Both the position numbers and the translations under genes were made by a program. A model generated the notes under the pieces. It saw only the letters and a program-made list of their open reading frames with translations. It was not told where the DNA came from and did not search any database. A stretch of DNA of 63,824 bases, counting the filler, from Octopus bimaculoides (taxonomy: Eukaryota), in NCBI RefSeq assembly GCF_001194135.2. It is 6 parts of 6 records of this genome, joined end to end, with 100 filler letters (N's around TTAATTAATTAA, not from the genome) between each part and the next. Parts side by side here need not be neighbours in the genome. Positions count along the whole stretch, not along the records: positions 1 to 15,735 come from NC_068997.1; 5 more parts are not named here. One strand, given 5' to 3'. The first letter of the stretch is position 1. Each line of letters starts with the position of its first letter. This document shows, piece by piece, positions 1-9,896 of this stretch.

Positions 1-619
1 ATAAATCAATAAAGAATTAATAACTTTGAAAGTTTGCAAATTTGGGGTAATTTTAACCACAAGCTGTTGTGTAGTTGCTTACCACGTGTTCTTTTTGTCG
101 CTTATTTAATGCTTAAAACACATGCGGTATGAGATGTGCTAAAATTAACAGCTAAATAGGACTTAAATCATGCACGAATTTTTTTTTGGGGGGGGTTTGC
201 ATAATCGTATGAATTCCCGGTGTAGAATAGAAATTCGCAAAAGTTTTGTGAAAATTCCAAAAAAAAGAAAAGAAAGAAAGTTACGAGGGGTTATATGGCG
301 TGCGTAAAGCAGAATTCCGCCAATATTTCATTTGTTTACAGTTGACAACACGTGCTGTCACGCGCATAATGACAGCTTCCAAATCCTATTTTCTGATTGG
401 GTAAGAATTATCAAACTTTAAACCTATGTAACTTTAAAAAAACAAATCTTCTGGTAAAAGTGAACAGTCTCTTGAGATTCGGCGTGGAAAATTACATAAA
501 TACACCAAATTTTTCAAATTTTCACTAAACTTTAAAATTTCCACAGGTGCAGCCAAACAGAAAAGATTCAAAATACGTACTGGGGTCATTGATTCGATAG
601 AAACAAAAAATTCTCCGAT

Positions 620-674
620 GCGGTGCCCCAGCATGGTCGCAGTCTAATGATTGAAACAAGTAAAAAATAAAAGA
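620..674 (+). mobile_element. SINE family B, 3'-terminal fragment
   Basis: GCGGTGCCCCAGCATGGTCGCAGTCTAATGATTGAAACAAGTAAAA matches the reverse complement of family B ends at 32907-32950 and 37510-37575. Confidence 0.65.
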
Positions 675-709
675 TAAAATATATAATCTGTATATAGTAT
701 ATAATATAC

Positions 710-710
<1 letters not shown>

Positions 711-769
<59 letters not shown>

Positions 770-881
770 GTGTGCTTGTGTATGTACATATCTATGTATG
801 TATGTATGTATGTATGTATGTATGTATGTATTTATGTATGTATGTATGTATGTATGTATGTATGTATGTATGTATGTATGT
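711..881. repeat. (TATC)n and (TATG)n microsatellites
   Basis: Direct reading. Confidence 0.95.
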
Positions 882-1228
882 AGCGAGAGAGACCCAATCA
901 AAATTGACCTTTAGAAAGCAGTAGTGTTTACAGTTGCAAATTTACTTGGGAGCTGGGTATTTTACAAAATAAAAAAAAAACGATTAATGTCTTGAAGATA
1001 ATGTGTACTGAAGTGTAACCTATATAAATATTACCCTATATTTCTATGGCATGAATGTATGTATCATATATGCATGTATGTGGGCGCGTGCACATACACA
1101 GGCACACAGGCACACACGTGCACACGCGGATATATTTTATGTATAGCTATTATCCTTTCTTTTTCATGTAATTGTTGGAACCTTTCTTTGATCTCACAAA
1201 GTTACAAGCTGTGTGTGTGTGTGTGTGT

Positions 1229-1261
<33 letters not shown>

Positions 1262-2237
1262 TGTGGGGAGGCGAATATTTACTTGAATGTTAGTATTCCT
1301 GAAGTGCCTGATTGCATTTTGACTTATTTAAGGCGCGGCTACAGTTTATATACCGAGCGGATGAATCTGGTTATTGAAGTCAATGGAAAATTTAATGTAA
1401 TCGTCACTTGTGTTGTTGTCGAATGATTCTATAACCCCAGGTATGCCCACATCGGTCAGATTTATGATCGAAAACATGTTAAGTTCTGTAGTTAAGTAAA
1501 TGTTGGCGTTTAACTGACCAACCTGATGCTGTGTAGTGAATTGTAATGAATTCTCTGCCGATTATTGCAAAATTTTTCCAAGGTTTGTAGCTAGACATTT
1601 TTCTAGAGAAATTTATTCATATGCTTGCAAGCGGAAAATAACTCGAATATTTCGTTCGACATGTTCACTTGGCTTGTCAAGTCGTTATACATTTCAGAAC
1701 GGCAAAGATCGCTTCTTCAACATTCCAACTTATAGCAGTGGTATCAATTCTATTAATTTTCAGTGTTGGATAAGCAAGGGTTTAGTCTATCTTTGGTTAT
1801 GTAAGATTAAGTGTGTTGGACATATCTAATTAAAAAGATCTTGCTTTATTTTGGAAGGGTTATTGCGCCAATAATAATAAGCACACGCACTGATTCCGTT
1901 TCACTTCTTTATTGTTAGTCAATTGGTTAGTTACGTAAACAACCAACTGATTAGCAATAAAGAATTGAACTTGAATCAGTATGTATGTACATATTATTGG
2001 CGTAGTGACTCTCCCAAGATACAAGATTTGTTCACATCAAGAATCTTGCAAACAAATACAAAACTGAAGTTGTTCAAAAGACTTTTCTGTTAATCCTAAG
2101 TAGTTTCTGTCTGTCTGCCACCCCCCCTCTCTATCCATCTATCTCTATTTCGAAAAATCCCATAACAACAAAACAACAGTTATTATTTTGGTTATATAGA
2201 AAATTTTGAGGTACTTTCGGCTAAGTGGGTTGCTGCA

Positions 2238-2269
<32 letters not shown>

Positions 2270-2290
2270 GTGCGCGTGTGTGTATGCGTG

Positions 2291-2932
2291 CGGCTCTGCA
2301 GATTCCACAGCTGCTGTGCTTTGGACTTAGCCTTCGACTTAGCCTTTGGACTTAGCCTTTGGACTTAGCCTTCCTGTGGGTCGACTTGAACGAAGCGCTG
2401 TCAAGAGCCTTGTCGGCATCCATGCCGGCTACCAAGTTGAAGGTATGGGCAGCGCACTTCATGTGCACTGGAAGGTTGAGGCCCAGGTCGCTGGACTTGT
2501 CAAGGACGGCATCAATAGAGATGTACTCAACTTCATCCACATCTCCAGCTTCGGGTTCCACGTCCAAGTCCACATCTTCGACGCCCTCCAAGTTTGGATC
2601 GGAAGCAACCTCAAGAACGTCTGACAAGAGCTCAACCTCTGTACCAAAATGCATAAATGCCTTGACAAAATTTTTGCCGCTGTCCGTCGTGGTCCCGGCT
2701 GCCTTGTCTTGCAGATGGAACTTGCAATAGGTACCCACCATGGCCTGAGCGAGAACATCAAAGGTGTGATGTTCTCTGAACCGAGAGCAGGCCAGGACAG
2801 CGTGTTGTCTCGTGCGGGTTGTCTCGTCCAGCCAGTGTACCGTCATCCCTATGTAGGTCCTGTTGTAGGCCGACCAGCAGCAGTCCGCGGTGGTCGCCAC
2901 CCAGGGGACATCCTTTATGCAATCTGTAATCT
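2291..2932 (-). mobile_element. hAT (Ac-like) transposase remnant, catalytic core
   Basis: VATTADC(C)WSAYNRTYIGMTVHW, LACSRF..HTFDVLA, TTTDSGKNFVKAF, CAAH(T)FNL and, after a frameshift, AKSKAQQLWNLQSR are hAT DDE-core and CxxH motifs. Confidence 0.9.
2319..2372. repeat. Four-copy 13-bp tandem repeat CTTTGGACTTAGC (one copy is 12 bp)
   Basis: Direct reading; lies inside the hAT reading frame. Confidence 0.9.
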
Positions 2933-2981
2933 AAAAATGTTTAATTCTAAAGCGACATATGTTATAAAGTTAAAACTTGAG

Positions 2982-3051
<70 letters not shown>

Positions 3052-3529
3052 TTAACTGGCGCAAAGTATGATCAAGTCCTACTTAAAAATAAAAACTAGC
3101 CTCTCATGTGCATCTCACGTAAGCTGGAATGGTTTTTGTGAGCACGTGGTTTGTACAATTTTTCGCGAGTAGGGAGGAGGCAGGACATTTGATCGCAGTA
3201 TATTATAACGATATTTTGTTCATAAAAATCACACAGATTGTAGTTTAACATTTGTTACTAGGCTGTTCGAAATTCATGAAAATATTGCTTATAATTGAAA
3301 GCCTTGTTACTAACCTTTTGAAAATAGCGACACTACCCTGATAGGTAACGTGTTGGGTAGAGAGCATGAATAACCGAAATGTGAGATGGAATGATAGTCG
3401 GGATTTGATAAGTTCAGAACTTAAGGTTCGTTTATTCGTTATTTCATTAAAAACTACTGATTTGGTTATTATTATTATTATTGTTGTTGTTGTTATTATC
3501 ATTTCAAATTTTTGCCACAACGGCAGCTT

Positions 3530-3713
3530 GAGGGAGGTCGGGATGAGTCGATTACATCGATCCCCATTGCGTAACTGGTACTTATTTTATCGATCCCGAA
3601 AGGATGAAAGGAAAAGTCGACCTCAGCAGAGATTGAACTCAGAACGCAGCGACAGGTGAAATACCGCTCAGCATTTCGTCCAGCGTGCTAATGATTCTGC
3701 AAGCTCACCGCCT
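3530..3713 (-). mobile_element. SINE family A (tRNA-like head)
   Basis: Minus strand GGCGGTGAGCTTGCAGAATCATTAGCACG...GAGTTCAAT...TCATCCTTTCGGGATCGATAAAATAAGTACCAG; Pol III A/B-box-like motifs; many copies in the window. Confidence 0.85.
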
Positions 3714-3738
3714 TAACAACAATAACAACAACAACAGC

Positions 3739-3813
<75 letters not shown>
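3714..3813. repeat. (AAC)/(AAT)n microsatellite
   Basis: Direct reading. Confidence 0.95.
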
Positions 3814-4215
3814 CTTGGTATAAAAAGATGGGCTACAGCAAATATTCTGCTTAACACCACAGATTTGCTTGTCAGTTGTTTGACCTTAGCCAGTTGAGCA
3901 TGTCCCTTGGTGGCTAACGACATGTGCATCTCTGAACACGAGCAGAAGCAGTTGGGGAACATCATAGCCATGTGTTGAGAGGAATTCTTTGGGGGTTTGA
4001 ATAATTCACCTTTGGAAACATGGGTGTTTTGTTCATCATCCTTAAACAAACCTTATTCAGAGACCTTTTGAGAGGGGTGGGTTACTCGACCTGAAGAAAA
4101 TTCTTACTGCAAGGTCATGCGCTGTTTATCGTGATATGAGATCACCGTGTCGCGCACATATGGTTCCGATGCATGTGCCTCGATGGGTGTATTGGGCTTC
4201 GTATATTTGTACCTG
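3814..4215. repeat. Unclassified interspersed repeat
   Basis: GGGTGTATTGGGCTTCGTATATTTGTACC (4185-4213) matches the reverse complement of about 37417-37447; the extent beyond that match is inferred. Confidence 0.5.
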
Positions 4216-4221
4216 TAGTAG

Positions 4222-4577
4222 GGAATTAGTAATAACGGCTGCCCAGTCCTGGCTAAGAAGGAATATATTCACAGACACGACAGAGCTGGGACCTATATAC
4301 ACTGGAAGCTATGCCAACACTATGGAATAGCAACAGAAAAAAGATGGTGTAAACACACGCCAGAAAAGGTCTCAGAAAACGAGAAAGCAACCATACTCTG
4401 GGATATGCCAATACACACAAAGAGAGAAATTAAGGCCAATAGACCAGATATAGTTGTCAAAGATCATGAAGAAAAAAAATGCTTTCTAATTGATGTATCA
4501 ATACCAGCAGATGACAACGTTTCCCTAAAAGAAATGGAGAAACTTTCAAAATACAAAGACCTGGAAATAGAGGTAAC
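4222..4577 (+). mobile_element. R4/Dong-like LINE, C-terminal restriction-like endonuclease fragment
   Basis: Open frame GCPVLAKKEYIHRHD...ILWDMPIHT..IKANRPDIVVKD..CFLIDVSIP..EKLSKYKDLEIEV (PD..D..K motif); runs into a gap. Confidence 0.9.
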
Positions 4578-5116
4578 NNNNNNNNNNNNNNNNNNNNNNN
4601 NNNNNNNNNNNNNNNNNNNNNNNNNNNNNNNNNNNNNNNNNNNNNNNNNNNNNNNNNNNNNNNNNNNNNNNNNNNNNNNNNNNNNNNNNNNNNNNNNNNN
4701 NNNNNNNNNNNNNNNNNNNNNNNNNNNNNNNNNNNNNNNNNNNNNNNNNNNNNNNNNNNNNNNNNNNNNNNNNNNNNNNNNNNNNNNNNNNNNNNNNNNN
4801 NNNNNNNNNNNNNNNNNNNNNNNNNNNNNNNNNNNNNNNNNNNNNNNNNNNNNNNNNNNNNNNNNNNNNNNNNNNNNNNNNNNNNNNNNNNNNNNNNNNN
4901 NNNNNNNNNNNNNNNNNNNNNNNNNNNNNNNNNNNNNNNNNNNNNNNNNNNNNNNNNNNNNNNNNNNNNNNNNNNNNNNNNNNNNNNNNNNNNNNNNNNN
5001 NNNNNNNNNNNNNNNNNNNNNNNNNNNNNNNNNNNNNNNNNNNNNNNNNNNNNNNNNNNNNNNNNNNNNNNNNNNNNNNNNNNNNNNNNNNNNNNNNNNN
5101 NNNNNNNNNNNNNNNN

Positions 5117-5117
<1 letters not shown>

Positions 5118-5191
<74 letters not shown>

Positions 5192-5239
5192 AAGAAGAAG
5201 AAGAAGAAGAAGAAGAAGAAGAACAACAACAACAACAAG
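5118..5239. repeat. Compound (AAT)n(AAG)n(AAC)n microsatellite, probable tail of the preceding LINE
   Basis: Direct reading; the link to the LINE crosses a gap. Confidence 0.85.
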
Positions 5240-5680
5240 TTCCTATCCAAGACCACAGATTCAGTGGACAAGCCAGATCAACTCGTCACTAATTGACTGG
5301 TATGTTATTTTATCGACTACTCCCTCAAGGATGAAAAGCTTAGTTTTCTCCCATACGCTCAGGGCAAAAAGTATTAAACTTCAGCTATATTTTATTGCCT
5401 GCACAAGTCGAAAAGGCAACGTTGACCCAGACCTGATTTGGATCAGAGTAAAAGAGTTGCAAGTAAATATAAATGTTTAAACTCTAAGTGTATAGAGTCA
5501 TTAGCGGCTCGGATTAAATGTTAACCACATTAACATAATGTTGATAGTCTAGTTAGCATTATATTGTACTACTTCTACTTAAACATATACATGTACACAC
5601 CCAAGCCTAAATGCATCATTAAACTGGTAGTACATACATACATACATACATACATACATACATACATACATAATATATAT

Positions 5681-5712
<32 letters not shown>

Positions 5713-6044
5713 GTATGTATAATTACATAGATAGATATACATACAAACACACGCACAGGCACACGCGCACATAAATACATGAATATGCAGAATACATACA
5801 TACATACATACATACATACATACATACATACACAGAAACACACGCGCCCACTGATGCGCACGCAACAAATCTCAAGCCAAAATTGCGGTTTCTATAACGG
5901 ACTGAACCAATAGTCATTGAAAAGGTTGCAAGTAGCAACGAAAGTGCTTTGACAAACGAAAACAAAACAAATTTGTTGGTTGGGAGCGGAATTAAACCAG
6001 TGTGTGTTATCATTATATTGGCATAATGTCTCTCCCTAGATACA

Positions 6045-6075
<31 letters not shown>

Positions 6076-6076
6076 G

Positions 6077-6165
6077 AAAGAATTCACAAAAGACGAAGAC
6101 AAGTGTTGTAGACAACAAGCAGATGTATTAGTTTAACGCTCGGGAAGTGAAAAAGTCTTTAACGT
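6077..6165 (-). mobile_element. Truncated copy of the PLE-terminus-like repeat at 54515-54790
   Basis: GAATTCACAAAA...GTAGACAACAAGCAGATGTATTAGTTTAACGCTCGGGAAGTGAAAAAGTCTTTAAC is the reverse complement of about 54694-54785. Confidence 0.75.
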
Positions 6166-6182
6166 ATGTATGTATTATGTAT

Positions 6183-6545
6183 GTCAAGTCGATCTTGGGC
6201 GGAACAGGTAACATGCAACCCAGTACAACCTGTTGCATGGACGGCTCGTCGGCGACTAAATTGGCAACCCCATCAAGCTTGCTTGATGAGGAGGGTGATT
6301 GTTGGACACCCTGCAGGACGAAAAGTAAGACCTGTTAAAGGGCGGAAGAGCTCATGACCAGTCAACGGCCATTCAACAATATGTGTACTTGTGTATGTAT
6401 GCATGTATGTATGCGCGGCGACGTGGAACACCTTGGTTGGTGTCCAGGCACGTGGTTGACCCACTGAGAGTGGGAGGCCCCGCTTTTGTTATCACAACAT
6501 CGCTCTTGGAGAGGGAAAGTCTGAGAGAAACCTGCGACACTCACA
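6183..6545 (+). other. GC-rich, hairpin-rich segment, possibly a LINE (RTE-like) 5' UTR
   Basis: Several perfect stems; GGAGAGGGAAAGTCTGAGAGAAACC resembles RTE 5' UTR motifs from memory; no ORF follows. Confidence 0.3.
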
Positions 6546-6769
6546 ATATTCGGTGATGTAGACTAGTTCTTTTCGAGTTTATGTTGTCCATGTTCGGAGA
6601 AAGTGGAATTTGGATTTCTGAAAATCCTTTCCCCATTATAAAAATCATCATGCACGGGCATCTCTTGAAAAACAAAAGAAGACCTATCACAAAAATGGGT
6701 GGTCTTAGCTTTCACATGTGTGGGACTTGCAATGGCAATACTTGAACACGATCATGTACGTATGCCCGA

Positions 6770-6865
6770 ATTGGTAAGAAACTTGCTTCTCAACCACGAG
6801 ATACAGAGTTCGATACCATTTCATGGCAACTGGAGGAAAATGTCGTTTTCTGTAGCCTCGAGTGA
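6770..6865 (+). mobile_element. Degenerate SINE family B head
   Basis: TGGTAAGAAACTTGCTTCTCAACCAC is shared with about 17590-17616. Confidence 0.5.
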
Positions 6866-7097
6866 ACCTATAGCCTGTGAATGAGATTAAAGTCGCGAAA
6901 ACTATATAGAACTATCAGATAGATTCTCTCTGGAATTCATAAACAGACAATCTTATCGCAGACCATGTCGCACTAGTTCTGCTTGAAAATTACGTTAAGA
7001 ATAGACGTATTTGTCGAACACCAACCACTTAGTCAATCAATGAGCAAGTTGTTTACGTCATTAAGACCAACATATATCTATCTATCTATACATATGC

Positions 7098-7131
<34 letters not shown>

Positions 7132-7492
7132 NNNNNNNNNNNNNNNNNNNNNNNNNNNNNNNNNNNNNNNNNNNNNNNNNNNNNNNNNNNNNNNNNNNNN
7201 NNNNNNNNNNNNNNNNNNNNNNNNNNGGCAAAAACACTGCAGTTACTCTTGTGGCAAAAGATGAGAAAACACCCGGTTTGTTCAGTGACGCCATCTATCA
7301 GCAATCCCAGACAACAATATTTCTAGTTTATTGACTCTTGCCAATGGATGTACCTGAGAGATTATTCTTTATTATGAATAGTTACATTCGAACATAGAAA
7401 AGACAAAACAGGGCATTACAAAACATTTAAAGATGTTTGATGAGCTTATTTGATAACTTTAAAAATATTTTATATATATAATTAAAATTTTT

Positions 7493-7960
7493 TTAAACTG
7501 TTCTCTTTCCTAAATATGTCGGAAGGAGTATTATTTGGTCGTTCCTTAATGTTTGAGTCGATATCTGCTTTGCCACTTCGGCATCTTTAAAATGCGCCTC
7601 CACTGAAGCGCTTCTCACTCGTTTTTCTATGTACACGATTTTGTCCCATATGGGCGCCAGATACTTTTCCACTGTTTCATTTTTTGTAGGCATTATTCTC
7701 TTTTCCTTTTTATTGTAAATTTTATAGAGCACCATTTTTGATGCCAGGCTTTGTATAGTCTCTGGTGGTTGCAAGAGTTTAGTGTTATTTCCTGTCTTCT
7801 CTATAAGATTTCTGAACTTGAACAATTGTTCCTTTGTAACGTTCATATCTATAAAGTTGCCTCCAACGGCCACTGAAAAACTCGGTTTTTCACGTTCATT
7901 TGCTTCAACACTTCCTTGCATTGAGGGGAAGTCTTTATTTGATTTTAAATCAAATTCCAT
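7493..7960 (-). CDS. 155-aa ORF, probable N-terminal part of an L1/Tx1-type ORF1
   Basis: Uninterrupted non-repetitive frame MEFDLKSNK...IILLPTYLGKRTV; preceded by a CpG-containing leader (7961-8375); adjacent to Tx1 ORF2 on the same strand; family call is from recollection only. Confidence 0.45.
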   Translation of the reverse strand: MEFDLKSNKDFPSMQGSVEANEREKPSFSVAVGGNFIDMNVTKEQLFKFRNLIEKTGNNTKLLQPPETIQSLASKMVLYKIYNKKEKRIMPTKNETVEKYLAPIWDKIVYIEKRVRSASVEAHFKDAEVAKQISTQTLRNDQIILLPTYLGKRTV

Positions 7961-8409
7961 TTTATTTTTTGACACAATATTGTCTTTACAGACAACAACG
8001 TAGAAAGACACAAATGACACAAGTAGAAAAAAAAAATTTCTCCTTGTATCGGGCAAAGTTCACAATAATTAATTGACAACAATTTTCCGCCCTGTAAGGC
8101 GAAAACACCGTCGAAACGACGTCAAAAGTTCGATTCACATAGGAATCCATAGAACAACAAAAAATATAACAATTAAGAAAAATCACCAACGGCAATAAAA
8201 CTCACACTAGCAAAGATTCCAGCAGCAAACGATGTCGCGAAGCGAGGCAACTCTGAACAAACTTATGAAGCAATAGCTTTATGTAAAATTCAGTCAACAC
8301 GTTGACTGATTTGCGTAGGTAGATCGCCCGATCGAGGAAAATAACGAAATGTTCGCACCAAGCAGTGTTTAGGTATAAGCAAAATTTAGATTAGTTAGAT
8401 TAGTTAAGA

Positions 8410-9896
8410 TATGTTTGTCCCAGTTCTTATCAATCTGGAGGTCGGGACCAAACCAGACCCCGAGCACTTTAACTGGTCTGTCGGTCCAGCGTCAGACGAC
8501 GCCATCCGATGGGATCGTCCTGCCTTTCCAGGAGCCCAACCGCAAACCAACAGATTTGACGGTGTTGATTTTAGCCCCTGCAACCGATTCATATTCTTTT
8601 AGGATGGTGCCGACTGTCTCCAGTTCGGAGGCACCCGATTCCTACGAAGTGACATCGTCCGCGTATGCTGACACGACGGTGACATCGTCTACGTATGCTG
8701 ACACTTCCCTTCCTTGTCCCAGCTCGAAAGGGATGCCTCTTAGCTGTTCCAACTTCCGCAACAGTGACTCGAGAGCCAATGCGTATAGAAGAGGAGACAG
8801 TAGAAGGTCCTGACAGAACAAGTATGAGATGCCAAACGGCTCCGATAGGTGACCGTTTACTTTGACCACTGAAGAGGTGCCGCTGTGCATTGCAGCGATC
8901 CAGCCTCTGAAAACGGGTCCGAAAACTCCTGCTTTCAGGACGGCTTCCAAGAAGTGATGGTCGAACCTATCGAATGTTTTTGAGTGATCCAAATTGATCA
9001 GAGCACCCCTGAAGCCCTCTCTCTGATGAATCGCATAAGGTGGAAGTTGTTGTGGATAGCCCTGCTCGGGATTGCGCATGGTTGCGCTTCTCCGACCAGG
9101 CTATCAACGACTAGTGCCAACCTTTTCACTAACATCTTGACCAAAATCTTAAACACTGTGTTTAGCAGAGTTACGGACCGAAAATTCTCTAGTACATCCC
9201 CATTGTCGACGTCCTTCCTCATCTGTGTCACCACACCTCTGCTAATAGCACTAGGAATTCTCCCATTCTGTTGCATGTTGCAGTAGACGTCTGCCAGGAG
9301 GTCACCAAAACCAAATCTGGCATGAAAACATAGAATTCGTAAGACAAACCATCCAAAACCAGGCGATCTGCGACTTGTGCAATCGCTCTTTGCCCCCCAA
9401 ATTTCAGCGACTGTTATCGGTCTTTCACATAACCTTGCGTCAGCTGCCGAGAGCCGTGGTAAGCCGTCCAGGTACGAGNNNNNNNNNNNNNNNNNNNNNN
9501 NNNNNNNNNNNNNNNNNNNNNNNNNNNNNNNNNNNNNNNNNNNNNNNNNNNNNNNNNNNNNNNNNNNNNNNNNNNNNNNNNNNNNNNNNNNNNNNNNNNN
9601 NNNNNNNNNNNNNNNNNNNNNNNNNNNNNNNNNNNNNNNNNNNNNNNNNNCGACCCATCGCCCACGCCAAACAGCCGCGCAAAGTGCTGCTGAAAAGCCA
9701 CACACATCTGCTCGGAGTCGCATAGCACGCGCCCATCCCGATTTGTCAAAGACCTGATCATGGTTTTGTTTCCACGTCGCGTCTCCACTGTTCGAGCCCA
9801 TCGGACAGCTTTAGTTCCTTCCTGTTTGAGCGCACGGACCTTAGCTCTAAAAATGCAGCCTTCGTGTTTCGCTTCGAAGAAATGATCAAGGGTCAT
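8410..9896 (-). mobile_element. Tx1/L1-clade LINE ORF2 fragment (linker plus RT), disrupted
   Basis: NFRSVTLLNTVFKILVKMLVKRL, EAQPCAIPSR.IHNN.HL, DHSKTFDRFDH, LSPLLYALALE, SAYADDVT, GAKIN, VLGVWFGPD. Confidence 0.9.

Noticed and set aside
343-360. Near-palindrome TGACAACACGTGCTGTCA with an E-box and a nearby ATTGG
   Set aside because: Short motifs with no associated gene or start site; expected by chance
1330-1860. ORF 1536-1829 resembling a GIY-YIG start (GLVYLWLCK); minus strand loosely Helitron-like (AIIGR..LLNY)
   Set aside because: No YIG or other diagnostic residues; the two readings conflict and both are weak
7227-7440. KTGHYKTFKDV motif recalling a transposon-related protein
   Set aside because: A single short motif surrounded by stops in all frames
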